Shown here one piece after another: positions 57,701 through 59,048 of a stretch of DNA of 59,048 bases (position 1 is the stretch's first letter; every line of letters starts with the position of its first letter). Source of the DNA: a virus (lineage: Duplodnaviria > Caudoviricetes); the IMG/VR virus record IMGVR_UViG_3300047550_004734, positions 1-59,048 of that record. One strand, written 5' to 3'. The translations under genes were made by a program, and so were the position numbers. Under the pieces are notes generated by a model, which was not told the DNA's origin, ran no database searches, and saw nothing but the letters and a program-made list of their open reading frames with translations.

Positions 57701-59048
57701 CTCTATTATATACAGGATCTCCACTGGAATTATTACTAGCATATGAAACTATATCACCAACTTTTAAAATATTTGTGAAAACATTACCAAATCCTCCAGA
57801 AACAACTCCATTGTTAATATTAAAAGTAGTTCCTGGTTTTGCAATATAAGATCTTTTTGTTAATGCTAAGTCTGCATTGAATGTTGATATTCCTGATTTA
57901 GAATAAATTGATTTGATATCTGATGTGGAATAATCTACTACAGAGTTAATCAACCTTCCATCATCAATACCATTAATTATAACTTGTTCATTCTCTAAAA
58001 AGTTTCCAGTAGTTTCATATAAAGTTAAAACATTATTTCCAGGGGAAACATTAAATTTTAAATAACCTGTTGCCTTACTTCTTTTGCCTTCAATAAAGCA
58101 AGGAACAGTAAGAGGTGATGAAAAGGAGGTTGTTAATCCAATTTTAGTAAAAGTTTGAATGTCAAATAATCTAAGATTCAATCTACTTGCATCATTAATA
58201 TAGTCACTCTCGGGAACAAAATCATACACTCTTGCCACCCCAATGGTAGTAGATGTTCCTGTAGGTTCAGACGCAATTGAACCTACACGAGAATCCATTA
58301 AGCTAACTGTTGCATCAGTACCAATTCCGATTGAAGGAGCGCCATAACAATTATTAACTACGATTAAACTTCCCGCATTGTATGATATAACTTGATTCTC
58401 TGCAGTTTCTGTAGTTCTTGGTTTTGATACATCTAGAAGTCTTGGTGCAATTGTTTCAACATCATATCCATTTACATAAGCTTTTCCTGGACCAATTTGA
58501 TATATCATCAAATCTTCTGAAGGATTATTACCATTTATAGTTTTTTGATCTTTAAAATATATTCCGTTATTTAAAACTCTATCATTTAAACTGTCTCTAA
58601 CAAATAAACTAAAAGGAGATACAAAATAGTTTCCAGATTCATCGAAAGTTCTCCTTGCCAACTCATCTCTAATTAGATTATACTGAGAATTTTTATTGAA
58701 ATATTGAGGTACTCCATTGTCAACTCTTAATATTTCAATAAAATTATCAGTATCTAAATCATCAAGATTTCTTTTTGAAAGTTCTAAGGTAATTTGAAAC
58801 CTGTCTGCTCCTGGAGCAGCATAATTGGAAAATCCCTGTGCGTTGTCAAATAAGCTAGGATCCTCATCGGAAGTTACTATTTTCTCAATAACATCAAATC
58901 CAATTTTATATGATGGTAGAATTGAATATTGATCAAGTAAAATAGTTTGTTCTGATACTCTTACAAAAGACCCTCTTGCAAAATAAATGCCTGATGCTAC
59001 TGATACCCCAGAACCTTCAGAATTGCAATTTTCTGATATTGTATTACA
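51777..59048 (-). CDS. giant virion structural protein, VrlC-like (5' end outside window)
   Basis: The frame stays open to the window edge (..NYAAPGADRF..ELARRTFDESGNY); also RYRMSDI, GFFVDNF, DPLAQSF, GSLFKSQN. More than 2400 aa. Confidence 0.9.
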   Translation of the reverse strand, partial: CNTISENCNSEGSGVSVASGIYFARGSFVRVSEQTILLDQYSILPSYKIGFDVIEKIVTSDEDPSLFDNAQGFSNYAAPGADRFQITLELSKRNLDDLDTDNFIEILRVDNGVPQYFNKNSQYNLIRDELARRTFDESGNYFVSPFSLFVRDSLNDRVLNNGIYFKDQKTINGNNPSEDLMIYQIGPGKAYVNGYDVETIAPRLLDVSKPRTTETAENQVISYNAGSLIVVNNCYGAPSIGIGTDATVSLMDSRVGSIASEPTGTSTTIGVARVYDFVPESDYINDASRLNLRLFDIQTFTKIGLTTSFSSPLTVPCFIEGKRSKATGYLKFNVSPGNNVLTLYETTGNFLENEQVIINGIDDGRLINSVVDYSTSDIKSIYSKSGISTFNADLALTKRSYIAKPGTTFNINNGVVSGGFGNVFTNILKVGDIVSYASNNSSGDPVYNRVESVSLGGTSFTVSGITTVPGVCDGKLESGSFQVTNVIKVEPSINIQDSSLLTRLGADNVSSINLEGNEITQRRSFNISSFSGSKITINIDPSDVDIYFDSFDEDKFLITYDDGSIERMRSDKYNLLANGKTLEFVGLSTSSGINAKVIATVKNINANSKSKKLNKVSSIIVSNSKITSSGIGTTTLNDGLTYSRVYGTRVQDKQISLNVPDVVRVLAVYESSNTLNPSLPTLQISGNAFGNQKYVIGEQIEGKTSGAAAIITSKIGSDKIEYTYLNTIQFTIDEVVVGQDSLEESIIVNKTIGDKNITQNFIFDDGQRDSFYDFSRIIRKNNIEEPKGKIKIIFQNYIIESSDTGEIITANSYNSNDFKHNILSYNGSRLTDFIDIRPRVAPYTSSSKSPFEFDSRNFATDGQYSKYILAPGENLILSYSYYVGRIDRVFLNSDGTFEVVPGTPSSSPLPPPLKSNSLDIATVFVPPYVYNVKNINVDMSQHKRYRMSDIALLEDRIQKVEKFTTLSMLESKTENFTIKDAETGLDRFKCGFFVDNFSSHEYHDLQNPSFKSCIDTSTNTLRPLHYTTSLDLQLGSEAISGVGQTYNPNVDQSYVTDLGSPNIKKTGDLITLNYDEVLYFEQIYATKTESVTPFLVKYWEGFITLNPPIDSWIDEKAVTTTSYKEVTDRVQRADQNITITNNVTVNKEVFVNSPPNPQTGINSFDWITNARNVLSPYNQKNIKGFFSFGYGGLIGITNNIKGSPSTSSGNRGSYGQSGVLNGNTIHLEVWKDRLTSAGADLIRRLLPSDVASDYINAIASDKRNNRFLIQFTPGQPAQITSSTETKTTTESVSDTSTIIVPPEIITTDTTSESISNYTEEIRYLRSRNIEFDVKGLRPRTRFYSFFQGIDVSKYIVPKLLEVEMISGKFQIGETVESDPHFTSGKIRFRLCKPNHKSGSYNGSGSQFSQFKLNPYTQQVIQEDYSESSTFLNVDTKSLELPSETEFYGQIGMNMKLIGKTSGAIAKISNIRLISDNNGRLIGSLFIPDPNVPGNPQWINGKNTFTIIDTPALENLGKVYNEFISNTRINESSAQEDFSSTAITNITETNILTTRNITILSSYNVNTTNITNTTTNTTTNTSTSSGSGQNQIRQWETHDPLAQSFYVRDTTGVFITSVDVFFETKDDSIPVTLQIRPMVSGVPSNMVVPFSEVTLSPDDVNLSADGSIPTKFTFPSPVYLPGPQQLEVRNAPIGSQQTSEFAIVLLSGSPQYRVFISELGFNDIQSGIKISAQPTLGSLFKSQNGSVWSPSQLEDLKYKIYRANFVSDGIVRFFNPKLSLGNKKVTVTGSNQFMPLSKRIIVGLGSTGYNSTGIATGVTIKQGSASGKLIGIAGSLTSAIISNVGTGYSNGTFTGVSLESETGYGNGAVATIGVVNSEISTVTITSGGLGYQVGDSLIIPEKEYGLNVGFGGKLTVSAITNISNTFVIDNVQGNFSVGVTTLSYVNSSGSNVSTGATVGTIITDPYYDGLHMKISQMNHCMHSSENYVRISEMRPVGNEVNSKTTLPILSTEVGSISLISSSGFETFEGVSVGPLNPGYVIIGNEVIEYTSVSSNTLVISQRGVDGTQAQSYESGVPVYKYEFNGFSLRRINKVHNFADVNPEIHPITLNSYYIKIDPSNSAGIGSNRTNDLYFKQTLQLGDPGTLISNNIQFESIAPKVSSIIPSKTNINARIRTFSGTSVSGSEKSFVDKGFNTIPLNGIFYFDTPRLICSEINEEKFITESPGSRSFTMEFLMNSTDSRVSPVIDLINVSAVVTSNLINSPVGINDNADYANDDTVRSLYEDKHETIYISKPISLKIPANSIKVLFSASHTDLNDIRVLYRIFREDSPNTSQNYELFPGYSNYQIDGQGIKRVIDKSQNDGSADSKIKFSSDTSFKDYEYSVDDLPDFTAFSIKIVMAGENQANPPLIKQLRAIATTKPKV

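Noticed and set aside
1-59048. tRNA genes, CRISPR arrays and photosynthesis genes
   Set aside because: No cloverleaf, repeat-spacer array or psb/hli-like ORF was seen by eye, and intergenic gaps are short. tRNAscan-SE would confirm.

Overview
This window is about 59 kb of an AT-rich T4-like myovirus genome. Gene content and order (mazG, hsp20, a 2OG-Fe(II) oxygenase, a cytidylyltransferase-like gene, Dam, a VrlC-like giant structural gene) indicate a cyanophage of the Kyanoviridae type, although no photosynthesis gene lies in the window. Almost all genes are on the minus strand. From the right end: giant structural protein, neck gp13/14/15, terminase gp16/17, tail gp18/19, portal gp20, head gp21/22/23, gp3, uvsY/uvsW, gp55, gp47/46, gp45/44/62, regA, hsp20, gp43, uvsX, gp41, mazG, a block of late accessory genes, primase gp61 and nrdA/nrdB. 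The standout feature is a fractured gp41 helicase gene, broken inside the Walker A loop by an atypically split intein (19-aa N-piece, 125-aa C-piece). The gap holds an antisense HNH endonuclease and an unrelated cargo gene with its own late promoter. Other signals: two nuclease genes with a late promoter inside a leader hairpin, a consensus antisense sigma70 promoter back-to-back with the gp55 promoter, two candidate late small RNAs around hsp20, putative capsid-targeted or protease-processed modular proteins, and an unannotated NblA-like small ORF. All calls come from reading the sequence; no searches were run.
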